Source: Kofleriaceae bacterium (GTDB taxonomy: Bacteria > Myxococcota_A > Polyangia > Haliangiales > Haliangiaceae). From it: a DNA stretch of 64,000 nucleotides. The translations under genes were made by a program, and so were the position numbers. The stretch is taken from positions 64,001 to 128,000 of the forward strand of contig CBDCCZ010000012.1 of the NCBI GenBank assembly GCA_965215005.1. Reading direction: 5' to 3'. The notes below the pieces were generated by a model, which was not told the DNA's origin, made no database searches, and saw nothing but the letters and a program-made list of their open reading frames with translations. Positions 41,484 through 51,609 of this stretch are shown here, one piece after another. The stretch's first letter is position 1. Every line of letters begins with the position of its first letter.

Positions 41484-42389
41484 ATGTCGCCCTCCGAAGC
41501 CGCCGTGCGCGCTGCTGATGGTTCCGCGCCGGGCCCCCTCACACCAACCTCGACAGGGCAAATCCGTAGCCGCGACGGCACGAATCTGCACAGCGAGTGG
41601 TTTGCTGCGCCAGAGCCTCGCGCCGCGGCGGTCATCATTCATGGCTACCAGGAGCACTGCGGGCGCTACCGCGAGGTTGCGAACGTGCTCACGCGCATGG
41701 GCGTTGCGGCGCTGTCCTTCGACCTGCGCGGCCATGGTCGCTCGGGCGGGCAACGCGGCCACACCAGCGGCTATCGCCGCTACATCGATGATCTAGAAGC
41801 GGCCATCGACGAGCTCGAGCAGCGCCTCGATGACGCGTCGGTCCCGCTGGTGCTGCTCGGACACTCCAACGGCAGCTTGATCGCACTGCGCACGCTCACG
41901 GATCCGCTGCGCAAGCCGCCGCGGGTGGCGGCCGCGGTGCTGTCGTCACCGTTTCTTGGCTTTGAGCTGCAAGTGCCGCTCGCCAAGGAGTTGGTGGGGC
42001 GCGTTGCAGCGCGTTGGCTGCCTTCGCTGTCGCTGCCGAGCGAGCTGCGGGTCGAAGAGCTCACCAGCGACACGGGCAAACAAGCCGAACGTCGGGTCGA
42101 CACGCTGTGTCACGATCTCGCCAGCGCGCGCTGGTTCGTCGCAGCCGGACGGGCGCAGCGCTACGTGCTCGACCATGCCGCGCGCATCGATGTGCCAACG
42201 CTGTGGTTGGTCGCCGGTCGCGATCGCATCGCCGATGCCCGCGCGAGTAAGCGAGTGCGCGCACGACTGCGCGCACCCGCGGTCTATCACGAGCTCGCGG
42301 GGCTCGAGCACGAAGTCTTCAATGAACGCGACCGCGGATCCGTATTCCGGCTTCTCGAGACGTTCTTGTGCGAGCAGTTTCCAGCGTAG
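41484..42389 (+). CDS. Alpha/beta hydrolase, lysophospholipase/monoglyceride lipase family
   Basis: IHGYQEHCGRY, DLRGHGRS, GHSNG nucleophile elbow, HEVFNE; start uncertain. Confidence 0.9.
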   Translation: MSPSEAAVRAADGSAPGPLTPTSTGQIRSRDGTNLHSEWFAAPEPRAAAVIIHGYQEHCGRYREVANVLTRMGVAALSFDLRGHGRSGGQRGHTSGYRRYIDDLEAAIDELEQRLDDASVPLVLLGHSNGSLIALRTLTDPLRKPPRVAAAVLSSPFLGFELQVPLAKELVGRVAARWLPSLSLPSELRVEELTSDTGKQAERRVDTLCHDLASARWFVAAGRAQRYVLDHAARIDVPTLWLVAGRDRIADARASKRVRARLRAPAVYHELAGLEHEVFNERDRGSVFRLLETFLCEQFPA

Positions 42390-42477
42390 TCGCATACCTC
42401 GCATCACCGATCCCGCGGCGGCGGCACCGTTTTATAGAGCAACCTTCGCTGGGCGACGCCGTTGCGAGAAAGACTCT

Positions 42478-42506
42478 TTGCGCGCACCGACGCCCGCCCC
42501 TATACT
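42478..42506 (+). promoter_or_regulatory. Putative sigma70 promoter
   Basis: TTGCGC-17 bp-TATACT, about 110 nt before ATG 42620. Confidence 0.5.
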
Positions 42507-42619
42507 TGCAGTCAACGCGGGGTCCAGTCGCTGGGTCCACGTTCCTTGATGGTTTGTAGCCCCCGAAGAGCCCCGCGGGACTTCTGGGAGAGCTCCCCGG
42601 GGTAGGCGCGGAGTCCAAG

Positions 42620-43408
42620 ATGACACGTCTTTTCGGCTGCACTTGCAATCAACCACAACGCATCGCAGAGGCGCTCGAGCCAATTCGGCACGTGCTCGTC
42701 GCAACCGCGCCCGTGCCGCGTTGGGGACTCGGCTCCATTCAGGGCGGTGAGGTCTTGCTCAGCCGATTCCCCCGCCCCAGTGATGGTGACGTCGACTTCT
42801 TCGCGGCGCTGCAGAACCGCCACTCCGACTATCTCATCGCGCATGCAAGCGAGCGCGATGGCCTCGGAGGCAACGCCAACACCCAACCGCTGCGGTTTCG
42901 GCAGTGGATGTACGCCCAGGAAGGCTCTATCGAAGATTTCGCGGGCGTTCAGTCCGAGATTCTGGCGCGCATTCCAGCGTTCATGCGGCGCAACATCGCC
43001 GGCAAGACCGCTGCCGAGCACCTCTTTCACGTGTTCTTGGCGATGCTGCACGAAGCCGGATCGATCGATGATCGCAACCTGCCCCCAAGTGAGACCCGGC
43101 GCGTCCTTGCTGCGACCATGGAGCTAGCCTCCGGCGTCCTCAAGGGTGCCGGAAGCAGCGCTCGGCCGGGCAACGTCATCGTCTCCAACGCGCGCTCGAT
43201 GTTGGCGGCGCGTTTGGGTCATCCGATGTACCTGCGGCGGCTGTTCGTCGCCGGCGACGACCGCACCGGCCGCGATGAGACCTTCCGCGGCGTGCTCGTG
43301 GTCTCGACCACCGCCGATCCCGGCGAAGGATTTGAGGAGATACCCGCCGGCGCCGCGGTGCTGATCCACCGCGACTTGCGCACCGACATCACGCCTCTCG
43401 ACTCCTGA
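42620..43408 (+). CDS. Class II glutamine amidotransferase-like (EgtC/YafJ-type Ntn fold), Cys1 replaced by Thr
   Basis: MTRLFG (usual form MCRLFG), WGLG, NTQPLRFRQWMYAQEG, IAGKTAAEHLF. Confidence 0.8.
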   Translation: MTRLFGCTCNQPQRIAEALEPIRHVLVATAPVPRWGLGSIQGGEVLLSRFPRPSDGDVDFFAALQNRHSDYLIAHASERDGLGGNANTQPLRFRQWMYAQEGSIEDFAGVQSEILARIPAFMRRNIAGKTAAEHLFHVFLAMLHEAGSIDDRNLPPSETRRVLAATMELASGVLKGAGSSARPGNVIVSNARSMLAARLGHPMYLRRLFVAGDDRTGRDETFRGVLVVSTTADPGEGFEEIPAGAAVLIHRDLRTDITPLDS

Positions 43409-43521
43409 CCCCGCGCCGGGTCGAGGGGCGGCCCCCGCCTTGAATTCCTGCGCCACCACCCGGCTGCGCAGGAAGCAATCTCCCGTGGACGAACGCCACG
43501 GAGGGCTCTTACTATGCGTTC

Positions 43522-45633
43522 ATGCGATTTTCTCGGCTGTCGCTATGGAGTCCGTTGCTAGCAGCATTCCTCGGGCTCGTCGTAGGCTGCGGCGACGATG
43601 GCAACGCAGCGGGTGGCGATGGCGGCTCCGGCACCAACGTCGACGCCGGCGCGGGTGCCGATGCAAATCCCGGCGAGCCGCAATGCGTGTTCGCGCCCAC
43701 CGGCCAGTTCAATCCCGCCATCGAGTGCTCGTGGAACGGTCCGCCCATGGCGGCCGCCTATCCGCAGCACGATGACGTCGTGATGACCCCGGTGGTCATC
43801 AACCTCACCGACGACAACGGCGACGGCGCGGTCGATCTAGACGACATTCCCGATATCGCCTTCGTCGCGTATCCACTGCAGACAGGTGCTGCGTGCCCGG
43901 CAGGCGCCACGTGCGGCTGCTGCAACTCCAGCGGCGTGCTGCGGGTGGTCTCGGGAAGCTGCACCGACGGCACCCTCAGTGAGCACTATGTCGTGGGTCC
44001 CACCGAGATCGAAGCCGCTCTGGGCGTTGCCGGAGTGTGGCTCGATAACTCCGGTGGGTTGGCCGTAGGCGATATCAACGGCGACGGCGCCGCGGAGATC
44101 GTTGCCACGGCGCTCGGCGGCGGAACGATCGCCTTCAAGAACGACGGCACCCCGCTTTGGTATCAACCCATGTATCCCACCGGGGCCGACCATCTCGCGG
44201 CGACTCAGCCGGCACTGGCCGACGTCGATGGCGACGGCACGGCGGAGATCGTTCAAGGGCGCGTCGTGCTCAACGGCGAGGACGGCAGCCTGCAGTGGCA
44301 AGGCACCGCGGGCTTGGGCACCAATGGCTTTCTCGGACCGGTGTCGGTCGTGGGCGACGTCGATCTCAGCGGCACATCAAACGTGCTCGCCGGCGGCTCT
44401 ATCTATGAGAGCGACGGCACCGAAGCCGCCTCTGTGGTGTTTCCAACGCCGATCACGGCCGCCAACTGCCTCTCACAAGGCAAGCCTTGCGACGGCTTCA
44501 CGGCCACCGGCAACTTCGACGAGGATGACGAGGGCGAGGTGGTCATCACCCGAGCGGGAACGATCCACATCGTCAATCACGACGGCAGTCCCATGGAGCG
44601 CGATGGAGCCCCGGTGCGGATCGCCATCCCGGTCGATGACTGCGTCTACAACGAGGGTGGTCCGCCCACCGTCGCCGACTTCGATGGCGACGGCGAGCCG
44701 GAGATCGGCGTCGCCGGGGCCGACTTCTACGTCGTTGCCGATCTCGAGTGTCTGGTAACGCCGCTGCCGGCGCAGTGCAGTGATCCCGGCATCCGCTGGA
44801 AGACCGCCAACAACGACTGCTCGTCGCGGGTCACCGGCTCGAGCGTGTTCGACTTCGATGGCGACGGCAAAGCCGAGGTCGTCTACGCCGACGAAGTGCG
44901 GTTTCAGATCCTGGATGGCGTGACCGGCGAGATTCGCCGCGAGATTCCCAATCGGTCGCACACCCGGCTCGAGATGCCCATCGTCGTCGACGTCGACAAC
45001 GACGGCAACGCCGAGATCGTCTTCGTCGAGAACGCCCACGGCGGTGGCATGACCGCCGGCATTCGCGTGTGGGGCGACGAGACCGACAGCTGGGTGGCGA
45101 CGCGGCGCATCTGGAATCAGCACAGCTACCACGTCACCAACGTTGGCGAGCTCGGCGAGATTCCTCGCTCGGAGCCAGTAAACTGGCTCACCGCTACGGA
45201 TGCCACCGTCTCCAAGGTAATGAACAACTTCCGGCAAAATCTGCCCGAGGCCGAGGCATTCGCCGCGCCCGATCTCACCGTCACCCTCGCCGTCGAGGCG
45301 GCCATCTGCGGACTCAGCGCGACTGTCTGCAACGTCGGCGACATCGTTGCCGGCGCCGGCGTGCGCGTAACGTTCTGGGACAACGCCACCGAGGCCGAGC
45401 TGGTTTGCGAGGCTGGGCCGGTCTCGACCTCGGCGCCGCTACCGCCGGGGGCATGTGAGACCGTGAGCTGTGCCCTCGAGCCGCCGCCGGCCGGCCCCAT
45501 CGATGTTCGCGCCTGCGTCGACAATGCCGACTACGCCTGCACCTCGCAGAACGCCGGCGGCAACAATGAATGCGACGAGAACAACAACCGCGCCGAGGTC
45601 ACCGCCGAGGAAGCGTGCGTGCCGGTAGAGTGA
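43522..45633 (+). CDS. FG-GAP/VCBS-repeat lipoprotein with CARDB-like C-terminus
   Basis: Lipobox VVGC; repeated DINGDG, DVDGDG, DFDGDG, DVDNDG; C-terminal ECDENNN. Confidence 0.85.
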   Translation: MRFSRLSLWSPLLAAFLGLVVGCGDDGNAAGGDGGSGTNVDAGAGADANPGEPQCVFAPTGQFNPAIECSWNGPPMAAAYPQHDDVVMTPVVINLTDDNGDGAVDLDDIPDIAFVAYPLQTGAACPAGATCGCCNSSGVLRVVSGSCTDGTLSEHYVVGPTEIEAALGVAGVWLDNSGGLAVGDINGDGAAEIVATALGGGTIAFKNDGTPLWYQPMYPTGADHLAATQPALADVDGDGTAEIVQGRVVLNGEDGSLQWQGTAGLGTNGFLGPVSVVGDVDLSGTSNVLAGGSIYESDGTEAASVVFPTPITAANCLSQGKPCDGFTATGNFDEDDEGEVVITRAGTIHIVNHDGSPMERDGAPVRIAIPVDDCVYNEGGPPTVADFDGDGEPEIGVAGADFYVVADLECLVTPLPAQCSDPGIRWKTANNDCSSRVTGSSVFDFDGDGKAEVVYADEVRFQILDGVTGEIRREIPNRSHTRLEMPIVVDVDNDGNAEIVFVENAHGGGMTAGIRVWGDETDSWVATRRIWNQHSYHVTNVGELGEIPRSEPVNWLTATDATVSKVMNNFRQNLPEAEAFAAPDLTVTLAVEAAICGLSATVCNVGDIVAGAGVRVTFWDNATEAELVCEAGPVSTSAPLPPGACETVSCALEPPPAGPIDVRACVDNADYACTSQNAGGNNECDENNNRAEVTAEEACVPVE

Positions 45634-45756
45634 TCCGGCCTCTAAGTCGCGATTGTCGCAGGAGCAACGGCGGCAGAGGTGAGAAGCAGCGCCACCCGGC
45701 GCGTGAGCGCTCGGGTGACGCGACCTCAGAGACTTGACTCGATGCAGCATTTCGCC

Positions 45757-45777
45757 AGTTGACACGACGCGTCAACT
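45757..45777. promoter_or_regulatory. Palindromic operator overlapping a TTGACA -35 upstream of tetR
   Basis: AGTTGACACG-A-CGCGTCAACT (9 of 10 positions inverted); ATG 18 nt downstream. Confidence 0.65.
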
Positions 45778-45794
45778 AGACTACATCTGCCGTC

Positions 45795-46454
45795 ATGACG
45801 ACGGCTCAGGAACGCAAGCAGCAAGAACGCCAGGCGCGGCGGCGTCGCATTCAGCGAGCCGCGCGCGAGGTCTTCGCTGAAAAGGGTTACGCCAAGACCT
45901 CCATCGAACAGATCGCGCGGCACGCGTCGCTGTCGGTGGGCGCCATTTATCTCTACTTTCGCTCCAAGGAAGATCTTTACATCTCCCTTCTGGAGGAGAC
46001 CCTGGAGTGGTTCGAGGTCGAGCTCGGCCAGATCCGCACCCGTCCCGATTTGGATGCCTCTCGCCGCCTTCACGCGGCCTGGGAATTCCTCACCCGCTGG
46101 GCAACGTCGGATGTCGAAGGAACGCGGGTCCTGCGGCTCGTCGCCCAACCGGGGGTGCGCAAGCAGCTTTCGGAAGAGGTTGTCGAGGCGGCGGCGAAGG
46201 GAGTGGAGAGCATTCGCGAGCACCTCACCGCGCTGATCGAGGCGGCGATGAACGCCGGCGTCTATCGCCACGGCGACGCGCGGGCGACCGCGGATGTCCT
46301 CTGGTCGCTGTTCTTGGGAACCATGCTCACCGGCGACGCGCGCTCCAACCTGAGCCTTCCGGCGGCCAACTTCGCCGCCAGCGCCGAGCTCGCCTTCTGC
46401 GCGGTCGAATCGAGCCTGCGCACCACCGCCGCTCCCGCGGCCCGCGCGGCTTGA
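45795..46454 (+). CDS. TetR/AcrR family transcriptional regulator
   Basis: AAREVFAEKGYAKTSIEQIA...GAIYLYFRSKEDLY. Confidence 0.95.
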   Translation: MTTAQERKQQERQARRRRIQRAAREVFAEKGYAKTSIEQIARHASLSVGAIYLYFRSKEDLYISLLEETLEWFEVELGQIRTRPDLDASRRLHAAWEFLTRWATSDVEGTRVLRLVAQPGVRKQLSEEVVEAAAKGVESIREHLTALIEAAMNAGVYRHGDARATADVLWSLFLGTMLTGDARSNLSLPAANFAASAELAFCAVESSLRTTAAPAARAA

Positions 46455-46619
46455 CGCGCAGCTCATTGCCTCGCAGAGCTCCCTATCGGGGCGGCGGTTG
46501 CCGCGTCACCATCTCGCGGCCGCGGGCTCAGGGTTTGCTCGGCGCCGCGTCACATGCCGAGTTGCGGGCAAGGCGCCGGTCGTGCCGATGAGGCGCGGCC
46601 GGTTCGCCAACACCGGGAG

Positions 46620-47999
46620 CTAAAAGCCGCCGGAGATGCCGAGGCCGCCCATGATCCATGAGCTTTGGTAGTCGCCCCAGTTGACGTAGACGCCCAGTGG
46701 CTCGGCCGACTCATCGCGGATCGGCGTGAGCTGCGGCGCGCGCCCCACGTCAGGGGAAACGGTCCGATCCTCGACCGCGGCAAAGCCCACCATGGCATGC
46801 ACTGCGAGTCCGCCGAAGCGGTAGCCAAGGCCACCCGTGATGAGGTGCTTGGCGCCGTCGGCGGTGATGACGCTCAGGGTTCTCTCGGGAGCGGCGGCAG
46901 TCTCGTAGGCATACCCGAGCAGCACGTCGAGCGGCAGCGAGGCCAGCGGCCTGCCCTCACCTCCCAGGTGCACCGCGTAGGTATTTTGAAAGTCGCGCGG
47001 GATGCGGAGCGGACCGATCTCGTAGCTTCCCACCCCCGGTGCGCCCTCGATGCGGACGTTCTGCGGGTCGATCAGAAACTCGTCGTGCTGCGACCAAAAC
47101 TCGACGCTTGCGGCGAGCTCGAGGCGCAACCGCTCGCTCGGCGACAGCTCAACCCCGGCGCGCGCAGTCGCAGGCAACGTGAACGAAACGTCGGCGCGAT
47201 CCCCCATCACCTCAGCACCATTATAAAAGCCAGAAGATGGCAGCCGCGTCTCGAAATCGCCTTCGCCAGCAATGAAGAACGGCAGCTGAAACGAAGCGCC
47301 GAGCCGAAGCGATGCGCTCACGTCGTACTGCACTCCGAGCACGGCCGAAGGGTTGAATAAATCGGTCTGCTTTACCTTCCCGATGGCATCGAACTCGGGA
47401 TCTTCGGGCGCGCAGACGGTTTGACCAGGGCAGCCGCTGAAAACCAGCGTCGACACCAGGTGAAAGACCATGTTCTGAATCCCCGCCCCGACGCGCAGCC
47501 GATCGCTGACTCGATACGCTACCGACGCTTGTACGATGAACAGCAGCGACTCACTCAGGTCGATGACCGAGTACCGCTGCGCACCGTCCTCGGGATACCG
47601 CACCAACGCCGCGTAAGGTGCATAAACGCCGCCGGCAACTGTGAGCCGATCGTCGAGATCAACGGCAACTCCCAAGGTTGGGATGGGCAAACCAGCCGCC
47701 TCGTCGTCGACCACGTCACGGGGATTGTTGCCCGAGTCGATTCGCCGGTAGCTCACCGACTGGTCGACGTAGCCAAGATCAAAGAGGAACGTGCGCGCCG
47801 CATGTCCATCACCGCGCATGCCCAGGCCGGCCGGATTGAACCACTGCGCATTGAGGTCATCGGCGCCTGCGACGAACGCGCCGGCTCGAGCCGAGGGCCG
47901 AACCCCGCGAGTGGGAAGCTGCAGGCCACCCGCCCCGGCAGGCTCTACGCCGAGAAACCAGGCCGCGGCGAACGCCGCGACCCAATAGATGCGCTTCAC
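46620..47999 (-). CDS. FadL/OmpP1 family outer-membrane hydrophobic-substrate transporter
   Basis: Signal peptide, ARAGAFVAGADD...WFNPAG hatch motif, beta-strands, C-terminal F. Confidence 0.85.
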   Translation of the reverse strand: MKRIYWVAAFAAAWFLGVEPAGAGGLQLPTRGVRPSARAGAFVAGADDLNAQWFNPAGLGMRGDGHAARTFLFDLGYVDQSVSYRRIDSGNNPRDVVDDEAAGLPIPTLGVAVDLDDRLTVAGGVYAPYAALVRYPEDGAQRYSVIDLSESLLFIVQASVAYRVSDRLRVGAGIQNMVFHLVSTLVFSGCPGQTVCAPEDPEFDAIGKVKQTDLFNPSAVLGVQYDVSASLRLGASFQLPFFIAGEGDFETRLPSSGFYNGAEVMGDRADVSFTLPATARAGVELSPSERLRLELAASVEFWSQHDEFLIDPQNVRIEGAPGVGSYEIGPLRIPRDFQNTYAVHLGGEGRPLASLPLDVLLGYAYETAAAPERTLSVITADGAKHLITGGLGYRFGGLAVHAMVGFAAVEDRTVSPDVGRAPQLTPIRDESAEPLGVYVNWGDYQSSWIMGGLGISGGF

Positions 48000-50900
48000 T
48001 TGTTGCGATCCTCGATGATGCGAATGAATTTGCGCAGGCCGCGCTTCTCTTCATTGAGAAACTGCGCGAGCCCATCGAGCAATGCGCGGTAGTCGGCTGC
48101 CGTGTAGCGCTCGCCAAGATCTTCCCACGGCCGTGCGCGCTTGACCTCGCTGATGCCGTCGATGAGATCACCCACCGCCGTGTGACCCGCCCGCGGCACC
48201 ACATAAAGGTTGCGAAGCATGGCTGTGAGCGTCTGGTCGTCATCAGCTCGACGAGCACGGTTGATGAATGTCAGCTGCGCGTCGAGCCAGCCCCGACTCG
48301 GCTCGAGTGCCTGCCCCACCACCTGAGCGATGGGAACGAAATCTCGATCATCGAGCGCGAGCTGGAACAAGTCTGCCATGCCGGTGAGCGAGGCGCGGAA
48401 CGACTCGTTGTGCTCCGCTTCATTGACGAGATAGGCCAGCAGCGACTCGAGCTGCGCCCGCGCCTCGGGGCTCGCCTGCAGCGACAGGACGAAGTCAGCG
48501 GCGCCAGCAAACAGCGGCCCCGAGAGCATCTCCTCCGCGTCGCCGATGAGCTCTTGCGATAGCCATTCTTGCCGATCGCCAGCGGCATCGTGCGCCGCGA
48601 GCCTGGCGCTCACAAAGTCGATGAGCGCGACACCGACGCCACGCACCCGCGGGTTGCGAAACCGATAGCCCTCGGCTCCCGCGTCGCCGCGAACCAAGAC
48701 ATCGACCAGATCCGCTGCGGAATCCCGCCACGCCTGCCCTTCCGAGCCAGAGCTGGCGATGCGATCCGACTTGGCTGCGTACGCATCTGCGAGAACTTGC
48801 CACGGCGAAAGCTCTTCTACCGGCCGGCCATCGGCAGTCTGCGAGGTCTCTCGCCCCAGTCGATCGGTGAGACCGGGCTGCGGCGTCAGCAGATAGCGGC
48901 CCATGCCGCCGACGATCGTGATGAAGTCTTTGCCGGCCGCCGTCGTGGCGTTGAACGCAGGCGCGCTCTGCACCAACGCATCCAAGAGGGTACGTCGCTC
49001 GAGCACCTCGGCGATGAGGGGCTCGTAGCTCACGAGGTTGGAGGCCCACGCGTAGCCCGCATCATCGGGATTGCGCTGCTGGTGCGTCACCGACTCGCGC
49101 GACGGCCAGTGGTTGTGCAACACCACCAACAGGTCGACGAACAGCTGCTCCTGCCCGTGATCGGCAAATGCCTGCACGATGGGTCGGATCTGGTCGTAGA
49201 AGCCGTTGACCTCCCAGACCGGCAGCGTTCCGCCATGGGCATCGGTGTAGAGATGCCCATCGGCGCAGGTGGGCGGATCGATCATCTTTTTGATCTGCTC
49301 GGTGGGCTCGGGCAAGAACAACGACCGGCTGAGCGCCCCAGGGGTGGGGTGAGTTCGAAAGCCTGTGATGCCTGCCAGATCTTCAATCAAGCCGTCGTTG
49401 ACGGCCCATGCGACCGGAAGATTGTTGCGGTTGTCGTTCCAGTCGAAGGCGAGGTCGGCCTTGGGCAGCGGCTGGCCGTCTTTGATGATGACGTTGCCAT
49501 TGCCATCCTTGGCGTACGCGATGGATTGCACGAAGAACGTTGCGATGTTGTCGATGCGAAACAGGTCGCACGCGTCGTAGGTCAAGAGGCCACCAATGAC
49601 CGGAATGTTGACCCCAGCGTCATCTTTGTTGCAAAGCACCGCGCCGTTGGAATCGGCGATGAGGTGCAACAGCCGCTGCATGAGAGAGCGATTGAAGCCG
49701 CTATCGGCTTCGCTGCGCTCCACTGGCGTCGCAAAGCTACCCACCACGTTTTGGTCGGCGTCGTAAACGAACTGGTCTTTATAGAGGAGGTAATCGCGGA
49801 ACCGCAGCCCGAGCTCGGCGACCTCGGGTTGTTCCATGGCGCGCAAGAGATCCCGCGTGAGCCCAGGGTCGGCGAGGATCGCGCGAACCACCGGCACCAA
49901 GTCATCAAAGATCGGCGAGCCTTCCTCGAGCTGCGCTTCCGGATGCTCATCGGCCAGTCGCGCGGTCTCGACCATGGCTTCGGAGACCCGCGCCACCTCG
50001 GCCTCGCGCTCGACGAGCAGCGTGCGCGCCAGCGCCAACGTGTCGGAGATGTTGGGGTCGCGCAGGAGCTGTAGATAGCCGTACAGCAGGTCTAGGAGCG
50101 GAGCGTCGCTGGTATCGTAGCCGCGATACGCCAGCTCCTCGCCGGACTGGAAGGTCTTGGTGGTCATCTGCCGCGGCCCGAGCAACGCGGAGCTGCCGCG
50201 CAGCAGATCCAGCGCGGTCCCCTTCTGCGGATCGAAGAGCTCGATGCCATCGCGCACCAACGCGCCAAACACGGTGCGGTCGAGATCGACAAACTCGTAA
50301 AGCGGCGGGCCTTCATCGGCCACGAGTGCGCGGCCGGCGGCATCGCGATAGTTCCACGGCACTGCTTCATCGCCCGCTGGTAAGGCAAATGGCGTGGGCG
50401 GCTCGAGCTGCGTTCCCTGCGCATCGATGAACCGCCCCACCTCGTCGGTGTCGGCGAGACCATCGGCGTTGGTGTCTACGAATGGGGCCGGCAGCTCGCC
50501 GCCCACAGTAGCGACCTTGGCCAAACCGCGCCAGTCGCGACGCACCAGCGGGATCGAGCGCTCGGTGCCGAGTAGCTCCCTCTCGGTGAGCAAGAGCTCG
50601 AGAGCCAGCCTGCCGCTGCGTTGCGGATCGGCAGGCTCCTCGGTTGCCTCGGCGGCACGCATCGTCGCCGCTGCCGCCGCGACTAGATTTTGAAATTCCG
50701 CGCGCGCGCTGCCGCCTTCCACGACCGAATCCGTGACCACCAGCAGGAGCTCGTGAAGCCCGGGATAATTGACGACCGCGCGGACGATTCCGAGCGAGGG
50801 CTCGATCGGTTTGTAGCCGAGTCTCTGATTGAGGCGCTCGAGCGACTGCATCGACGCCTCGTCGCCGGCCATGAGCTTCATGAAGCCGCTCAAGCTATCA

Positions 50901-51289
50901 ATCGCCGCGATCGCCGCCCCGTCGTCATACAGGGCCAGAAATTCGTTGGAGGTGAGGTAGGCGTCGAGCTGGCCGAGAAACGTTTCCGGGAAGGTGGCAT
51001 CGACCGCGGCAGCCAGCGCCTCGCGCTTGGCCTGGAGCGCCTTGAGCGAATCGGGTGCCTCGGCCGGCGGCGCGAGCCCCAAGCGACAGACCTCGCGGAA
51101 CTCGTCGCCGCGAACGTCGACCGTGCCATCGCCGTCTTCGAGATCCTCGAGGTACGCGACGCGCTTGCACGCCAGCGTCAAGACGATCTCGCCAAAGGTA
51201 CCGGTATCGACCGGCTCGCGGGCGGTGTCGAGCTCGGACGCGCACCCCACGGTAAGACTCATTAGAAGAAGCCCAGCGACTGCTCTCAT
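47996..51289 (-). CDS. Large mostly alpha-helical lipoprotein of unknown function
   Basis: Lipobox TVGC; DGDGTVD and DTNADGLAD acidic loops; 4-bp overlap with the FadL-like gene. Confidence 0.75.
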   Translation of the reverse strand: MRAVAGLLLMSLTVGCASELDTAREPVDTGTFGEIVLTLACKRVAYLEDLEDGDGTVDVRGDEFREVCRLGLAPPAEAPDSLKALQAKREALAAAVDATFPETFLGQLDAYLTSNEFLALYDDGAAIAAIDSLSGFMKLMAGDEASMQSLERLNQRLGYKPIEPSLGIVRAVVNYPGLHELLLVVTDSVVEGGSARAEFQNLVAAAAATMRAAEATEEPADPQRSGRLALELLLTERELLGTERSIPLVRRDWRGLAKVATVGGELPAPFVDTNADGLADTDEVGRFIDAQGTQLEPPTPFALPAGDEAVPWNYRDAAGRALVADEGPPLYEFVDLDRTVFGALVRDGIELFDPQKGTALDLLRGSSALLGPRQMTTKTFQSGEELAYRGYDTSDAPLLDLLYGYLQLLRDPNISDTLALARTLLVEREAEVARVSEAMVETARLADEHPEAQLEEGSPIFDDLVPVVRAILADPGLTRDLLRAMEQPEVAELGLRFRDYLLYKDQFVYDADQNVVGSFATPVERSEADSGFNRSLMQRLLHLIADSNGAVLCNKDDAGVNIPVIGGLLTYDACDLFRIDNIATFFVQSIAYAKDGNGNVIIKDGQPLPKADLAFDWNDNRNNLPVAWAVNDGLIEDLAGITGFRTHPTPGALSRSLFLPEPTEQIKKMIDPPTCADGHLYTDAHGGTLPVWEVNGFYDQIRPIVQAFADHGQEQLFVDLLVVLHNHWPSRESVTHQQRNPDDAGYAWASNLVSYEPLIAEVLERRTLLDALVQSAPAFNATTAAGKDFITIVGGMGRYLLTPQPGLTDRLGRETSQTADGRPVEELSPWQVLADAYAAKSDRIASSGSEGQAWRDSAADLVDVLVRGDAGAEGYRFRNPRVRGVGVALIDFVSARLAAHDAAGDRQEWLSQELIGDAEEMLSGPLFAGAADFVLSLQASPEARAQLESLLAYLVNEAEHNESFRASLTGMADLFQLALDDRDFVPIAQVVGQALEPSRGWLDAQLTFINRARRADDDQTLTAMLRNLYVVPRAGHTAVGDLIDGISEVKRARPWEDLGERYTAADYRALLDGLAQFLNEEKRGLRKFIRIIEDRNK

Positions 51290-51485
51290 CCCCTGTGTAC
51301 TCCCCGTTGGCAACGTCTACGACACATTCCGGCAACACGGAGGCTAGCGAAGCGCCGTCTCACCGGTCAATCGTTAAGAGGACCTCGGAGTGGCAAAAGA
51401 GCGACGGTGCCGCTGCGATCCCTCCACGCTCAACTGCTTAGCATGCTCACGGAAGAACGCAGCGCGGCGCTTCCCACACTCAACA

Positions 51486-51558
51486 CAACGCACTGCGTCG
51501 TGGCCAACTGCTCAACGCAGTGCGTTGCGACAACGCAGTGCATTACGACAACACGTTG
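51486..51558. repeat. Short tandem palindromic repeats (about 18 bp)
   Basis: caacgcagtgcgttgcga (51513-51530), caacgcagtgcattacga (51531-51548), related caacgcactgcgtcg at 51486. Confidence 0.65.
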
Positions 51559-51609
51559 GCGTTGGCTGCGCGGCGACCTCGCCGTTGCTCGCAGCATCGC
51601 GGCAATCCT

